The notes: a model not told the origin generated them from the letters alone. Numbered from the stretch's first letter, positions 19,508 through 29,231 are shown. The stretch is DNA of 50,984 nt from Candidatus Aquidulcis sp. (GCA_009919005.1 RGCW01000004.1:1-50984); one strand, 5' to 3'. Numbers and translations: made by a program.

Positions 19508-22432
19508 TCAGCTGCAGCCGCTGGTGGTGCCGCAGGTCATGCACTTGTAGCAGGCTGCGTTGCGCACCATGATCGCGCCGCACTCCGTGCACGCTGGTGC
19601 ATCGGACTGATTCTGGAAGCCGACCCCCGCGACCGCCAGCACGCCACCCGTTGCCGCGGGTGCGGCTGCGGCAGCAACTGGCGCTGGGGTGGAGACCGCC
19701 ACAGGAGCCGAGACGGTCCCCGTTGCGCTGCCGCCCTTGCCACAGGTGCAGTTTGGTCCGCATGACTCCACCGCACCCACGCGAACCGTGGCTGGGAGGG
19801 CGCCGAGGACCGGGCCGCCGTCGGTGCGCTCCTGTAGCCCGAGGATCTCGCGATCGCCGGCTGGCAGGAAGCGGCTACCGAGGTACCGGAAGACGTAGTC
19901 CACGATCGACTTCGCCAGCGGGATCTCGGCATTGCCGGTGAAGCCGCTTGGCTCAAATCGCACGTGGGCAAACTTGTTGACCAGGTCACGCAGCGGTACG
20001 CCGTATTGCAACGCCACACTGACCGAGGTCGCGAAGCTGTCGACGAGGCCGCTCACGGTGGAGCCCTCCTTCGCCATCTTCAAGAAGATCTCGCCTGGCT
20101 GGCCGTCCTCATAGAGACCGACCGTCAGGTAGCCCTCCTGGCCACCGATCTCAAACCGATGGGTGATCGCGGTGCGCTCCTTTGGCAGGCGTCGTCGTGC
20201 GGCGCCAGCACCCGGCAGGAAGGAGGTCACTACTTCGGCGGTTGCCGACTCATCCTTCTTCTTGCTGGTGTTGAGCGGCTGCGAGCGCTTCGAGCCGTCG
20301 CGATAGATCGCGATGGCCTTGAGCCCAAGCTTCCAGCCCTGCAGATAGACGCTCTCGATCTCTTCGGCGGTGGCAGCCTCAGGCATGTTCACCGTCTTGG
20401 AGATTGCTCCGGAGAGGAACGGCTGCGTCGCCGCCATCATTCGCACGTGGCCCATGTAATGGATGGAGCGCTGGCCGTTCTTGGCCTTGAAGGCGCAGTC
20501 GAATACCGAGAGGTGCTCGTCCTTGAGGCCTGGGGCACCCTCGATCGTCTCCTGCTCGTCGATGTACTTGAGGATCGCGGCGACCTGCTCGGCGTTGTAG
20601 CCGAGCTTGGCGAGCGCCTCTGGGACCGTCTGGTTGACGATCTTCAAGAAGCCTTCGCCCACGAGCTTCTTGTACTTGATCAGGGCGATGTCTGGCTCGA
20701 TGCCGGTCGTATCGCAGTCCATCATGAACGCGATCGTTCCCGTTGGTGCCAGCACCGTAACCTGAGCGTTGCGGAAGCCATGCTTGGTGCCGAGGTCAAG
20801 AGCTCGGTCCCATGCATCCGTCGCAGCCTTGGCCAGATCCTTCGGCAGCGTTGCCGTGGGGATCTGGTATGCAGCGTCACGGTGCTTACCAATCACGCGA
20901 AGGAATGGCTTCTCGTTCTTCTTGTACTCAATGAACGGGCCGCCATGCGCAGCTGCCGTTTCGGCGGACTGCACGTAGGCCTCGCCAGTCATGATCGAGG
21001 TGATCGCAGCGGCGAACGCCCGACCCTCATCCGAGTCGTAGGCGAGGCCACGGCTCATCAAGAGCGCGCCGAGATTGGCGTAGCCGAGTCCGAGCGGGCG
21101 GAACCGGTGGCTGTTCTCGTCGATCTTCGGCGTTGGATACGACGAGTTGTCCACGAGGATCTCCTGCGCCAGCAGGGTGAGCCGCGAGGCGTACTTGAAC
21201 GACTCCACGTCAAACTCGCCATCCGGTCGCACGAACTTCATGAGGTTCAGTGAGGCCAGGTTGCAGGCGGTGTCATTGAGGAACATGTACTCCGAGCACG
21301 GGTTTGACGCGTAGATGCGGTCCGTGTTCGACGACGTGTGCCAGTCATTGATCGCCGTGTCGTACTGAATGCCAGGATCGCCACAGACCCACGCCGCCTC
21401 TGCCATTTTTCGGAAGAGGTCGCGAGCCTTGAGCGTCTCCACAGGCTCTCCGGTGACGACCGCGCGGGTCTGCCACGTCCCGTCGCTTTCGACTGCGTGC
21501 ATGAACTCATCATTCACGCGCACTGAGTGATTCCCGTTCTGGAAGAAGATCGAGCCGTAGGCCTCGCCGGTGAAGCTGGCGTCGTAACCAGCCTCAATGA
21601 GTGCCCAGGCCTTCTTCTCTTCGCTCACTTTGGAATCGATGAACTGCTCGATGTCTGGGTGCTGCACATCGAGGATCACCATCTTTGCTGCGCGTCGCGT
21701 CTTGCCTCCAGACTTCACAACGCCAGCGAAGGCGTCAAAGCCTTTCATGAAGGAGACAGGGCCAGATGCGGTGCCGCCACCGCTCATCTTCTCTTTCGCG
21801 CTGCGGATTGGTGACAGGTTTGACCCTGCCCCCGAACCAAACTTGAAGAGCATCGCCTCCGTCTTCGCCAGGTCCATGATTGAAGACATCGAATCCTGCA
21901 CACCATTGATGAAGCAGGCCGAGCACTGCGGGCGCTTCTCAACGCCAACGTTGAACCACACTGGTGAATTGAAGGCCATCTTCTGGTTGACGAGCAGGTG
22001 GGTGAGCTCGGCAATGAAGGCGGCGCGATCCTCATCAGATTTGAAGTACTGCTGCTGTTCTGCCCATGCATCAATCTGACCGGCTACACGACCGATCAAC
22101 TGACGGACACTCGTCTCTCGCTCTGGAGTTCCGATGTGGCCACGGAAATACTTGGAGACAACAACATTTGTGGCGAGCTGGGACCAGGAGGCGGGCACCT
22201 CGACGTCCTTCTGCTCGAAGACACTCTTGCCACTCTCATTACCGATGGATGCGGTGCGGGTCTCCCACTGGATCTCGTCATAGGGGTGCACGCCGGCGGT
22301 GGTCCAGCGTCGTTCCCACGAGAGGCCTTTCGCCCCTTTGCCGTCAAAGCTCAGCGGTGGCAGTGGCTGGGCCGTTGCCTTCTCGTTCGTTGCTGTTGTT
22401 GTCGCTTTCCGTGCGTCGACTAAGCCCGCCAT
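19508..22432 (-). CDS. nrdJ: Vitamin B12-dependent (class II) ribonucleotide reductase
   Basis: FNSPVWFN, CSACFI, NPCSE, APTGTI, GAISKT and YRDGSK motifs; TSCPD domain; C-terminal Zn ribbon. Confidence 0.96.
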   Translation of the reverse strand: MAGLVDARKATTTATNEKATAQPLPPLSFDGKGAKGLSWERRWTTAGVHPYDEIQWETRTASIGNESGKSVFEQKDVEVPASWSQLATNVVVSKYFRGHIGTPERETSVRQLIGRVAGQIDAWAEQQQYFKSDEDRAAFIAELTHLLVNQKMAFNSPVWFNVGVEKRPQCSACFINGVQDSMSSIMDLAKTEAMLFKFGSGAGSNLSPIRSAKEKMSGGGTASGPVSFMKGFDAFAGVVKSGGKTRRAAKMVILDVQHPDIEQFIDSKVSEEKKAWALIEAGYDASFTGEAYGSIFFQNGNHSVRVNDEFMHAVESDGTWQTRAVVTGEPVETLKARDLFRKMAEAAWVCGDPGIQYDTAINDWHTSSNTDRIYASNPCSEYMFLNDTACNLASLNLMKFVRPDGEFDVESFKYASRLTLLAQEILVDNSSYPTPKIDENSHRFRPLGLGYANLGALLMSRGLAYDSDEGRAFAAAITSIMTGEAYVQSAETAAAHGGPFIEYKKNEKPFLRVIGKHRDAAYQIPTATLPKDLAKAATDAWDRALDLGTKHGFRNAQVTVLAPTGTIAFMMDCDTTGIEPDIALIKYKKLVGEGFLKIVNQTVPEALAKLGYNAEQVAAILKYIDEQETIEGAPGLKDEHLSVFDCAFKAKNGQRSIHYMGHVRMMAATQPFLSGAISKTVNMPEAATAEEIESVYLQGWKLGLKAIAIYRDGSKRSQPLNTSKKKDESATAEVVTSFLPGAGAARRRLPKERTAITHRFEIGGQEGYLTVGLYEDGQPGEIFLKMAKEGSTVSGLVDSFATSVSVALQYGVPLRDLVNKFAHVRFEPSGFTGNAEIPLAKSIVDYVFRYLGSRFLPAGDREILGLQERTDGGPVLGALPATVRVGAVESCGPNCTCGKGGSATGTVSAPVAVSTPAPVAAAAAPAATGGVLAVAGVGFQNQSDAPACTECGAIMVRNAACYKCMTCGTTSGCS

Positions 22433-22533
22433 GTCGCTCTCCCTCTTCTGCCTCGAGTCGTGAGGCCCACCATCTCTGATCCCAATCAACGAATGGGCAC
22501 GCAGAGCCCCTGCCGTGTAGCAGCGGGAGACGA

Positions 22534-22562
22534 ATCCTATGCTCCCCGAGGTGCCTCGTCAA
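22534..22562 (-). promoter_or_regulatory. nrdJ promoter TTGACG-17-TAGGAT
   Basis: On the minus strand, -35 at 22557-22562 and -10 at 22534-22539. Confidence 0.7.
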
Positions 22563-22570
22563 TCCCTCAA

Positions 22571-22619
22571 CCACAACATATGGTGGTGTAACAGACAACT
22601 GTTACCGCACATGTTGTGG
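22571..22619. promoter_or_regulatory. Tandem NrdR boxes
   Basis: CCACAACATATGGTGG (22571-22586) and ACCGCACATGTTGTGG (22604-22619) versus consensus acaCwAtATaTwGtgt; directly upstream of an RNR gene. Confidence 0.8.
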
Positions 22620-22640
22620 TTTGGAGACATTCTGCCTTTG

Positions 22641-23480
22641 TTACATGGTGAGACGAGCAGGTCGACCCTGCCAGCCGCGCTGGCTTCGCGCGTGGAGATA
22701 GACGGCATATACGAGCCAGGTCGCTAGGGCCGACGTCTCCTTCGGATCCCAGCCCCAGTACCGGCTCCAGGCGATCGAGGCCCAGATCGAACCGAGGATC
22801 AGCATTCCTGCGAAGAGCGGGAACGCCACGGATACGGCGCGAAAGGCGACGAGGTCCAGGCGCTTTGCAGGGGGTAGCCAACGGAATCGATCAGTGTCGC
22901 CCTGCATGAGGTAGGCGACGCCCGCTGCGAAGGCGAAGGCGAAGATGCCGTAGCTCAACATCGCCATGCCAACGTGAATCGTGAGGAGCAGCGGATGTTG
23001 AAGTGCCGGCACAAGATCCACAACGGCATTCGGCAGCGTTGTGGAGTACGCGAGTAGGGCGAGGGCAACTCCGTAGGCGATGGCGCTCAACGCTGGGAGG
23101 CGGCGCTGTCGATCGAAGAGGATCGCGGCGGCACAGATCCCGAATGCGAATGAGACGGTGAACTCATAGAGGTTTCCCCACGGTCCGCGTCCAACAACAA
23201 TCGCTCGCGTGATCAGCGCGATGCCGAGAGAACTCGTCGCAACGATCGCGAGCGCACCGCTGATGGCGCTTAGCGGGCTTGATGACTCTGCATCAGTCGG
23301 CGCGCCGCCATCAAGGTGGACCGCAAGGTTGCCGCGAAGCGCTGAAGAGCTTGGCGCCAGGCGCGGGGTCAGGAGTCGATCACCTTGGGCGACGAGGACG
23401 AGGTGGGCGACGACAAGGGCGAAGGCGCCGACGAGTGCGAGTCCGCCAACAACGACGAGGTAGAACGAGAGGGTAGCCAC
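22641..23480 (-). CDS. ccsB: Cytochrome c biogenesis protein CcsB/ResC (system II), C-terminally truncated, possibly a pseudogene
   Basis: PWGNLYEF, IHV and WASIAWSRYWGWDPKET (WWD) motifs. Ends GWQGRPARLTM* without the last TM helix or the GLHSY-type His. Confidence 0.8.
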   Translation of the reverse strand: MATLSFYLVVVGGLALVGAFALVVAHLVLVAQGDRLLTPRLAPSSSALRGNLAVHLDGGAPTDAESSSPLSAISGALAIVATSSLGIALITRAIVVGRGPWGNLYEFTVSFAFGICAAAILFDRQRRLPALSAIAYGVALALLAYSTTLPNAVVDLVPALQHPLLLTIHVGMAMLSYGIFAFAFAAGVAYLMQGDTDRFRWLPPAKRLDLVAFRAVSVAFPLFAGMLILGSIWASIAWSRYWGWDPKETSALATWLVYAVYLHARSQRGWQGRPARLTM

Positions 23481-23960
23481 TTATGCGCGCGCGGCACCGC
23501 CCGGTGGCGGAGGCGCTGGTGGCCCTACGCGGATCGGCGTACGGGCTCGTAGCTCAAGGCCGCAGGCGTCGCAGGCGCTTCGCTCGGCCAGGCGCACCGC
23601 GAGGCAGTTTGGACAGGCGATGAGCAGGGGTTCGCCTGCGAGTGAGCGCGTGCTGCCGCTGGGGTAGATGGCGGACTCAGCCGTTGAGTACGGGCGACCT
23701 GGGGGGAAGTGTGGTCGTCCATCAGCGCCCAGTGGCGCTGCGGTTGGAGCGGCCGCACCAAGTGTCAGCCGCGGCCCTGGTTTGGTGATGCCCAGCAGGG
23801 TCCAGATCCCGCCCGTTGATACCAGCCACAGCACCACCACTGGCGCGACGAAGAGGGGGAGCAGGCGAATCAGCGCCGCCCAATCTGGCGTCACGAGCGC
23901 GGGAACGATCGTGCTCAGCCAGGTGAAGAGGTCAGCGATGCGCGCGGCGATCTCACTCAT
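23481..23960 (-). CDS. Membrane-anchored protein with C-terminal Zn ribbon
   Basis: N-terminal hydrophobic helix; CPNC...CDAC; leaderless-type TAGGAT 6 nt upstream. Confidence 0.7.
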   Translation of the reverse strand: MSEIAARIADLFTWLSTIVPALVTPDWAALIRLLPLFVAPVVVLWLVSTGGIWTLLGITKPGPRLTLGAAAPTAAPLGADGRPHFPPGRPYSTAESAIYPSGSTRSLAGEPLLIACPNCLAVRLAERSACDACGLELRARTPIRVGPPAPPPPGGAARA

Positions 23961-23969
23961 ATGTGGATC

Positions 23970-24473
23970 CTAGCGGGGGCGAGGCGGACGCGTCGCTGGA
24001 CCGCGTTTCTTGGTTGCGCCTCGGCCTGGTCGCCACCGCCGATCCTCGTCACTGGCTAGATCTCGGTGAGCGGTAGGTCGCGGTCCTGTCCCACCGATGC
24101 TTGGTGGACGTACCCCCGTGCCCGCAACTGGGTGGCGAGGTCCAGCGCCAATTGCCTCGCGGAAGTGACTGGCGGTCACCACGGATACCCCACGGGCCCG
24201 ACAGCGTGCAGCGAGATCTCGGTCGTCGGTGATGACGACGATGCGGTCGGCGGTCGCCGGGTCTGGTGTGCCGATAGCCGCAACGATCTGGTCGTCGGCC
24301 GAGCGGGCACCCCCGTCGCGGAAGACCTCGATCACCACGCCAACTGCGATGACGCGGCGGAGTGCGGCCTCAAGGGAGTTGAGGCGACCGACGTCTCGCC
24401 CTCCGATCAGGTTGTTGCCGTCCACCAGCAGGCGCTTCGCATGGCGGAGGGTGACGCGTTCCTGCTCTACCAT
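23970..24473 (-). CDS. NYN/YacP-like PIN-fold ribonuclease
   Basis: LLVDGNNL, SADDQI and VITDDRDL acidic motifs; basic tail. Confidence 0.8.
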   Translation of the reverse strand: MVEQERVTLRHAKRLLVDGNNLIGGRDVGRLNSLEAALRRVIAVGVVIEVFRDGGARSADDQIVAAIGTPDPATADRIVVITDDRDLAARCRARGVSVVTASHFREAIGAGPRHPVAGTGVRPPSIGGTGPRPTAHRDLASDEDRRWRPGRGATKKRGPATRPPRPR

Positions 24474-24479
24474 CGCCTC

Positions 24480-25322
24480 ATGCTCCTTTGTGTTGATCTC
24501 GACGGGGTGGTGTATCGCGGCAGTGAGCCGGTTCCTGGCGTAGGACCACTCCTCACGGAGCGCGTCGCGAACGGCGACCGCGTGATCTATGTCACCAACA
24601 ACAGCTTCCTGCGTCGTGTTGAGTATCGCTCACGCATTGAAGCGTGTGGTGCACCACTCGCCGAAAATGGCATCGTCACTGCCGCCTCAGCCGTGGCGCA
24701 GCAACTGTTGGATCAAGGGTTCCGCCACATCTTGGTCTATGGGGCCGAGGGCCTCGCCGCCGAGCTGCGCGACGCCGGCCTCGACGCGTGTCGAACCGCC
24801 GAGTTCGACGGCCCTGAGTCACTCTCTCACTGGGGGGTTGATGCTGTAACCGTCGGGCTCGATCGTGAAGCGGACTGGCACGACCTTGCCATCGCCACTG
24901 ACGCGGTCCGCGCCGGGGCGCCGCTGATCGTCCCGAATCGCGATGCCAACTATCCAGACCCGGGTCGGCTGGTTCCAGGGACCGGAGCTGCGGTGGCCGC
25001 GCTTGAGGCAGCCACTGGGGTGCGTGCGATGGCAATCGGAAAGCCAGAGCCCACCCTCTTACTGCAGGCGGCGTCAATCGACGGGAGTGACGTTCGCGAT
25101 GCGATCATGATTGGCGACTCGCCGGCAACGGATATCGCCGCCGCAAACGCGGCGGGATGTCGATCGATCCTGCTCATGACGGGCGTCGGCGCGGGCGTTG
25201 GCGCGATGGCGATTGCGGACCTGCCTGCAGCGCAGCGACCGACATGGACGGCACGAACGGCCGCGGAGATGGGCGAGATCTTGATGGCCGTTACCGCGGA
25301 TGGAGCGACGAGTGGCAACTAG
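24480..25322 (+). CDS. HAD-IIA hydrolase (NagD-like)
   Basis: DLDGV, VTNNS, GKPEP and MIGDSPATDI motifs. Confidence 0.92.
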   Translation: MLLCVDLDGVVYRGSEPVPGVGPLLTERVANGDRVIYVTNNSFLRRVEYRSRIEACGAPLAENGIVTAASAVAQQLLDQGFRHILVYGAEGLAAELRDAGLDACRTAEFDGPESLSHWGVDAVTVGLDREADWHDLAIATDAVRAGAPLIVPNRDANYPDPGRLVPGTGAAVAALEAATGVRAMAIGKPEPTLLLQAASIDGSDVRDAIMIGDSPATDIAAANAAGCRSILLMTGVGAGVGAMAIADLPAAQRPTWTARTAAEMGEILMAVTADGATSGN

Positions 25323-25987
25323 CTACCTCAACCTGTGGCGAGAGGCGGGGCACGATCGTCAGCCCGGGAAGACGGGGTCGCTCCCAGCACCTCTCGATCG
25401 CCTTAACGGCGAGGCGCTTGCGGCGCGCAATGGCGCCCACCCGCTGGCCTTCTTGACCCCTACCGATCTGCTGACGCCAAGCACCGATGCCATCTCCGGA
25501 TCCATCACGGTAAAGCCGGGGAGCGTCGTTGGCGGTGAGGTCCATGCGACGCTTCGCATCCGCGCGTTGAAGGAGGTCGCTGCTCGTGGGACGCGCGTTG
25601 CCGTCAAAGGGTATCTCCTTTGGCCCCTCCGCCATGATGGGCGCCTGGACTGAAGGAGAGGTCACTCTTGATGTCGACCCGGCACCGCCAATCGCTCCTG
25701 GAGGACACCTACGCGTCAACGTTCATTGGCCGAGCGCTGCAGGTGGACGCGGCGCACGGGTTGAGCTCTACGCTGACCTGAAGGCTGCACCGCCGGTGCG
25801 CATCGCGTTCACAGAGCTACCAACCAGCGAGCTCGCACACGGGAGTCTGGTCACGCTCGAAGTTCCGCATGACGTGCCACCGGTATTTGATGGGGCGGGC
25901 CTCTCGCTGCGCTATCGCATTCGGGCCCTCATTGATCGACCGCTGCGCAGCGATCTCGCAGCGGAGCGGAACGTGGTGATCGGCTAA
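25312..25987 (+). pseudogene. Arrestin/SpoOM-like beta-sandwich protein split across two frames (+1) near 25620
   Basis: Frame 1 (GTG 25312) reads ...ARGTRVAVKGYLL; frame +1 continues FGPSAMMG...VPPVFDG..LSLRYRIRALIDRPLRSD. Confidence 0.5.
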
Positions 25988-26619
25988 GCAAATCCGTGCA
26001 ACGCGGTGACGGCGATGTTGGTGCCGAATCCAATGATCAACATCTGGCCGATTAAGCGCGTCGCGGTGATGGCACGTTCTGGCAGTAGCCGGCCCGCTGC
26101 AGCGCCGATCGCTCCAAGGAGGAGTTGCCACGAGAGGCTCGCCCCCGCCGCCCCGACGGTGAAGGCGACAGCGTTGAGAGGTTCGCTGCCGAGACCTGGG
26201 AGTCCGATCGCGAGCGCCAAGAAGTAGAGGATGGTCGCCGGATTCATGGCGGTGAGAGCGATGAATCGGAGGTAGAGCTGGCGTGCCCCTCCACGCACGC
26301 GAGGATCGGCGGTCTCCCGTGATGCGACCCGTGACGCTCGTAGGTCGAAGAGCCCGCGGACGCCGATGGAGATCAAGATCGCGCCTGAGAGCAGCTGGAG
26401 CGGGTGAAGGGCGACGGCGAGGATCTGGTTGAGCAGTCCACCCAGCGCAAGCGCAAGCGAACAGAAGAGAAGGTCAACGGTCGCAGCTCCGGCCCCTGCC
26501 GCAAACCCCCGTCGAAGCCCACCGATCATCCCCGTCTCAATGATGAGCACCGCGATCACGCCGACCGGTACCGCAATCGCATACCCTGCAACCATTCCCG
26601 CAAGCAGTGCGCCGAACAT
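25984..26619 (-). CDS. LysE family transporter
   Basis: AIAVPVG, GAGAATVD and LTAMNPATILYF motifs; leaderless TATGAT 6 nt upstream. Confidence 0.88.
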   Translation of the reverse strand: MFGALLAGMVAGYAIAVPVGVIAVLIIETGMIGGLRRGFAAGAGAATVDLLFCSLALALGGLLNQILAVALHPLQLLSGAILISIGVRGLFDLRASRVASRETADPRVRGGARQLYLRFIALTAMNPATILYFLALAIGLPGLGSEPLNAVAFTVGAAGASLSWQLLLGAIGAAAGRLLPERAITATRLIGQMLIIGFGTNIAVTALHGFA

Positions 26620-26680
26620 CGGAGCATCATAGAGTGGAGCGGTGACCTGACCAGGTCCCAAACGTCGGAGCGGAGGGTGT

Positions 26681-27613
26681 ATGGCACGAGTCTTTCTTAC
26701 AGGTGCAACCGGGTTCGTTGGGAGCCACGTGGTACCCGCCCTACTCAGCGCGGGCCACTCGGTCACGGCGTTGGTCCGGAGCCAGGTTCGAGCATCCGCA
26801 CTCCAGGCACGTGTGGCGGCATCTCCAGGCAAGCTTGAGACACGCATCGGGCATGTCAACGATCGGGCCTCAATTGATGCGGCTATTGCGGGGTGCGATG
26901 TGGTCGTGCACCTCGTGGCGCTGCCGCGTGATTGGAACGATGGTGCCGACCTCGAGCGCGTCAATGCGATCGGCACCGCGACGGTCGTCGCCGCAGCTGA
27001 GGCGGCGGGGATCACGCGATTTATTCATCTCGGTGCGCTCGGAGTGCAAGAGCGGCCAGAGCTTCACTATGCCAGCTCGAAGGCGCGCGGCGAGAGCATC
27101 GTTCGCGACTCTTCGCTCGATTGGACAATCCTCAAGCCGAGTCTGATCTGGGGTGAGCGCGATGGCTTCTTCAACATCGTCGCCGCGCTCGTCAAGGTTC
27201 CAGCCCCCGCGGTACCAGTACCCGGAAACGGTAAGAGTCGATTTCAGCCCGTTTGGGTTGGCGACGTAGCGCGCGCCATTGTTCAGGTGATCGACTCGTC
27301 GAAGGGAACGATCCACAGATCGTTTGAGCTCGGCGGTCCTCGTTATTGGACCTACGCCGAGATCACACGTGAGGTGGCGCGAGCGCTAGGGAAGCGACGC
27401 ATCATCATCCCGATGCCCGTGCCGCTCATCTCGCTCGTTGCGCGAATATCAGAAGCGATCCGTTTCCCATTCCCCGTTGCAACAGATCAGTTGCGCCAGT
27501 TGGCGCTGGATAACATTGGGGCAACCGACGCCGTTGAGCGAGAGCTTGGTTTTGCTCCGGTCGACATGGGAGGTCGACTCGGCTATCTCAAGCGTAAGGT
27601 AAGCAAGCAGTAA
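26681..27613 (+). CDS. NDUFA9-like atypical SDR (NAD(P)-binding)
   Basis: TGATGFVG, HYASSKARGE and FQPVWVGDVA motifs. Confidence 0.88.
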   Translation: MARVFLTGATGFVGSHVVPALLSAGHSVTALVRSQVRASALQARVAASPGKLETRIGHVNDRASIDAAIAGCDVVVHLVALPRDWNDGADLERVNAIGTATVVAAAEAAGITRFIHLGALGVQERPELHYASSKARGESIVRDSSLDWTILKPSLIWGERDGFFNIVAALVKVPAPAVPVPGNGKSRFQPVWVGDVARAIVQVIDSSKGTIHRSFELGGPRYWTYAEITREVARALGKRRIIIPMPVPLISLVARISEAIRFPFPVATDQLRQLALDNIGATDAVERELGFAPVDMGGRLGYLKRKVSKQ

Positions 27614-27638
27614 TCGCGCGTAGCGCAAGGGGGTTCGG

Positions 27639-29231
27639 ATGCGAATCATCGTCACCGCGAAGAGCGCTTCGGCTAACGCCGGCGTGTTCGTCGCCCCAGT
27701 ATTCAGCGATCAGCTCGACGCCCCCCACCTCAGCGAGGTCGATGCCAAGAGTGGTGGTCGTGTTGCCGCGTTGCGAGCGATTGGTGAGGTGACTGGAGGA
27801 CGCTACGTCAGCGTCCTGACCAGTGCTGGGCGGCTCCCCGCGGACCACCTCTTGCTCGTCGGAGCGGGGGCACGTGCCGACTTCGGTCGGCAAGAGTTGC
27901 AGCGATGGGCGGCGGCGGCGACACGCCGATTGGCGGGGCGTAGGGTTATCCGCATTGCCGTGGATGCCACGGGGATCATTGCCGCGCTCACCAGCACCGC
28001 GCCAGCCCTTCGGGCGGAGGGTGGTGCATCGTTTGGCCCGGGTCTCGCCGCCGATAGTGTTGGCCCGCGAGACGCGGCGATCACTGCCGTTGACTTCATC
28101 GTCCGCGGGGTGATCGACGGGTCATTCCATGAGGGAGTTGGGGGCAAGAGCGTCATCGAATCCAAGCCTGCGCCGCTCTCGGTGCTCGAGATCATCGTGC
28201 CAAACGGTACCGATCTTGCCGGGGCTCGTGAGGGCGCTCGTCGGGGAGAGATCATCGCAGGCGGAGTTGAGCGCACGCGGCGCTGGTCAAACTATCCGGC
28301 AAATGAGATGCCACCACTCGGCATCGCGGAGGAGGCGCGCGATCGTGCTCGAGCCGTTGGACTGCGAGCTACGATCATCACGGCGACCCAACTCAAGCGC
28401 ATGGGCGCCGGCATGTTGCTGGCCGTTGGCAAAGGTTCGAAGAATCCACCATGCCTCGTCGTGTTGTCGGGCGGAAAGCCCGGCGCAAAGGATCCGCTCG
28501 GTCGGCGGCTCGCGATGGTCGGCAAAGGGGTCTGCTTTGATACGGGCGGCATCTCACTCAAGCCACCCGCGGAGATGGAAGAGATGAAGCACGACAAGAA
28601 TGGGGCAATCGCCGTCCTTGAAGCGGCAGCTACGGTTGCACAGCTTGATCCGGGCCGTCCGATCCATGCCCTCGCTGCCTGTGTCGAGAACATGCCGGGC
28701 GGTAACGCGACACGACCCGGCGATGTTGTCACCGCACTGAATGGCAAGCGCGTGGAGATCACCAATACTGATGCAGAGGGACGTCTCATCCTGGGCGACG
28801 CGTTGCACTATGCAGAGCGAGAACTCTCAGCGACCCATCTTGTCGACGTGGCCACCCTAACGGGAATTGCCTACTCGGCCTTTGGTGGCGAGGTAGCAGC
28901 TACCTGCGGCACTGATGCGGCACTACTCGATGAATTCCACCTCGCCGCCCGTCGAGCCGGTGAGGTCTATTGGCCATACCCGCTCGCAGATGCATATGTG
29001 AAGAACATGTCGGCCTGGTCTGCCGATTTCCAGAATTCGGGTTCTCGTGAGGCATCCCTGATCCGCAGCGGCCTCTTCTTGCGCGAGTTTGTCACGGTCC
29101 CGTGGGTCCACCTCGACATTGCCGGGACGGCCTATCGTCGCAGCGCCACTCCGTTTGCGGGGCGAGGCTCTACGGGTGCCGCCCACACCTCGCTCGTCGA
29201 ACTCGCCATGGGGGGTGGCGTTCGCCGCTGA
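27639..29231 (+). CDS. pepA: Leucyl aminopeptidase (M17)
   Basis: VGKGVCFDTGG, NTDAEGRL and WVHLDIAG motifs. Confidence 0.93.
   Translation: MRIIVTAKSASANAGVFVAPVFSDQLDAPHLSEVDAKSGGRVAALRAIGEVTGGRYVSVLTSAGRLPADHLLLVGAGARADFGRQELQRWAAAATRRLAGRRVIRIAVDATGIIAALTSTAPALRAEGGASFGPGLAADSVGPRDAAITAVDFIVRGVIDGSFHEGVGGKSVIESKPAPLSVLEIIVPNGTDLAGAREGARRGEIIAGGVERTRRWSNYPANEMPPLGIAEEARDRARAVGLRATIITATQLKRMGAGMLLAVGKGSKNPPCLVVLSGGKPGAKDPLGRRLAMVGKGVCFDTGGISLKPPAEMEEMKHDKNGAIAVLEAAATVAQLDPGRPIHALAACVENMPGGNATRPGDVVTALNGKRVEITNTDAEGRLILGDALHYAERELSATHLVDVATLTGIAYSAFGGEVAATCGTDAALLDEFHLAARRAGEVYWPYPLADAYVKNMSAWSADFQNSGSREASLIRSGLFLREFVTVPWVHLDIAGTAYRRSATPFAGRGSTGAAHTSLVELAMGGGVRR

Noticed and set aside
19508-22432. 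Intein or intron in nrdJ
   Set aside because: The ORF is continuous, of ordinary length, with no intein splice or homing-endonuclease motifs seen.
22433-22530. Cobalamin riboswitch in the nrdJ leader
   Set aside because: The leader is only about 95 nt with small hairpins and no B12-box or GGGAA core.
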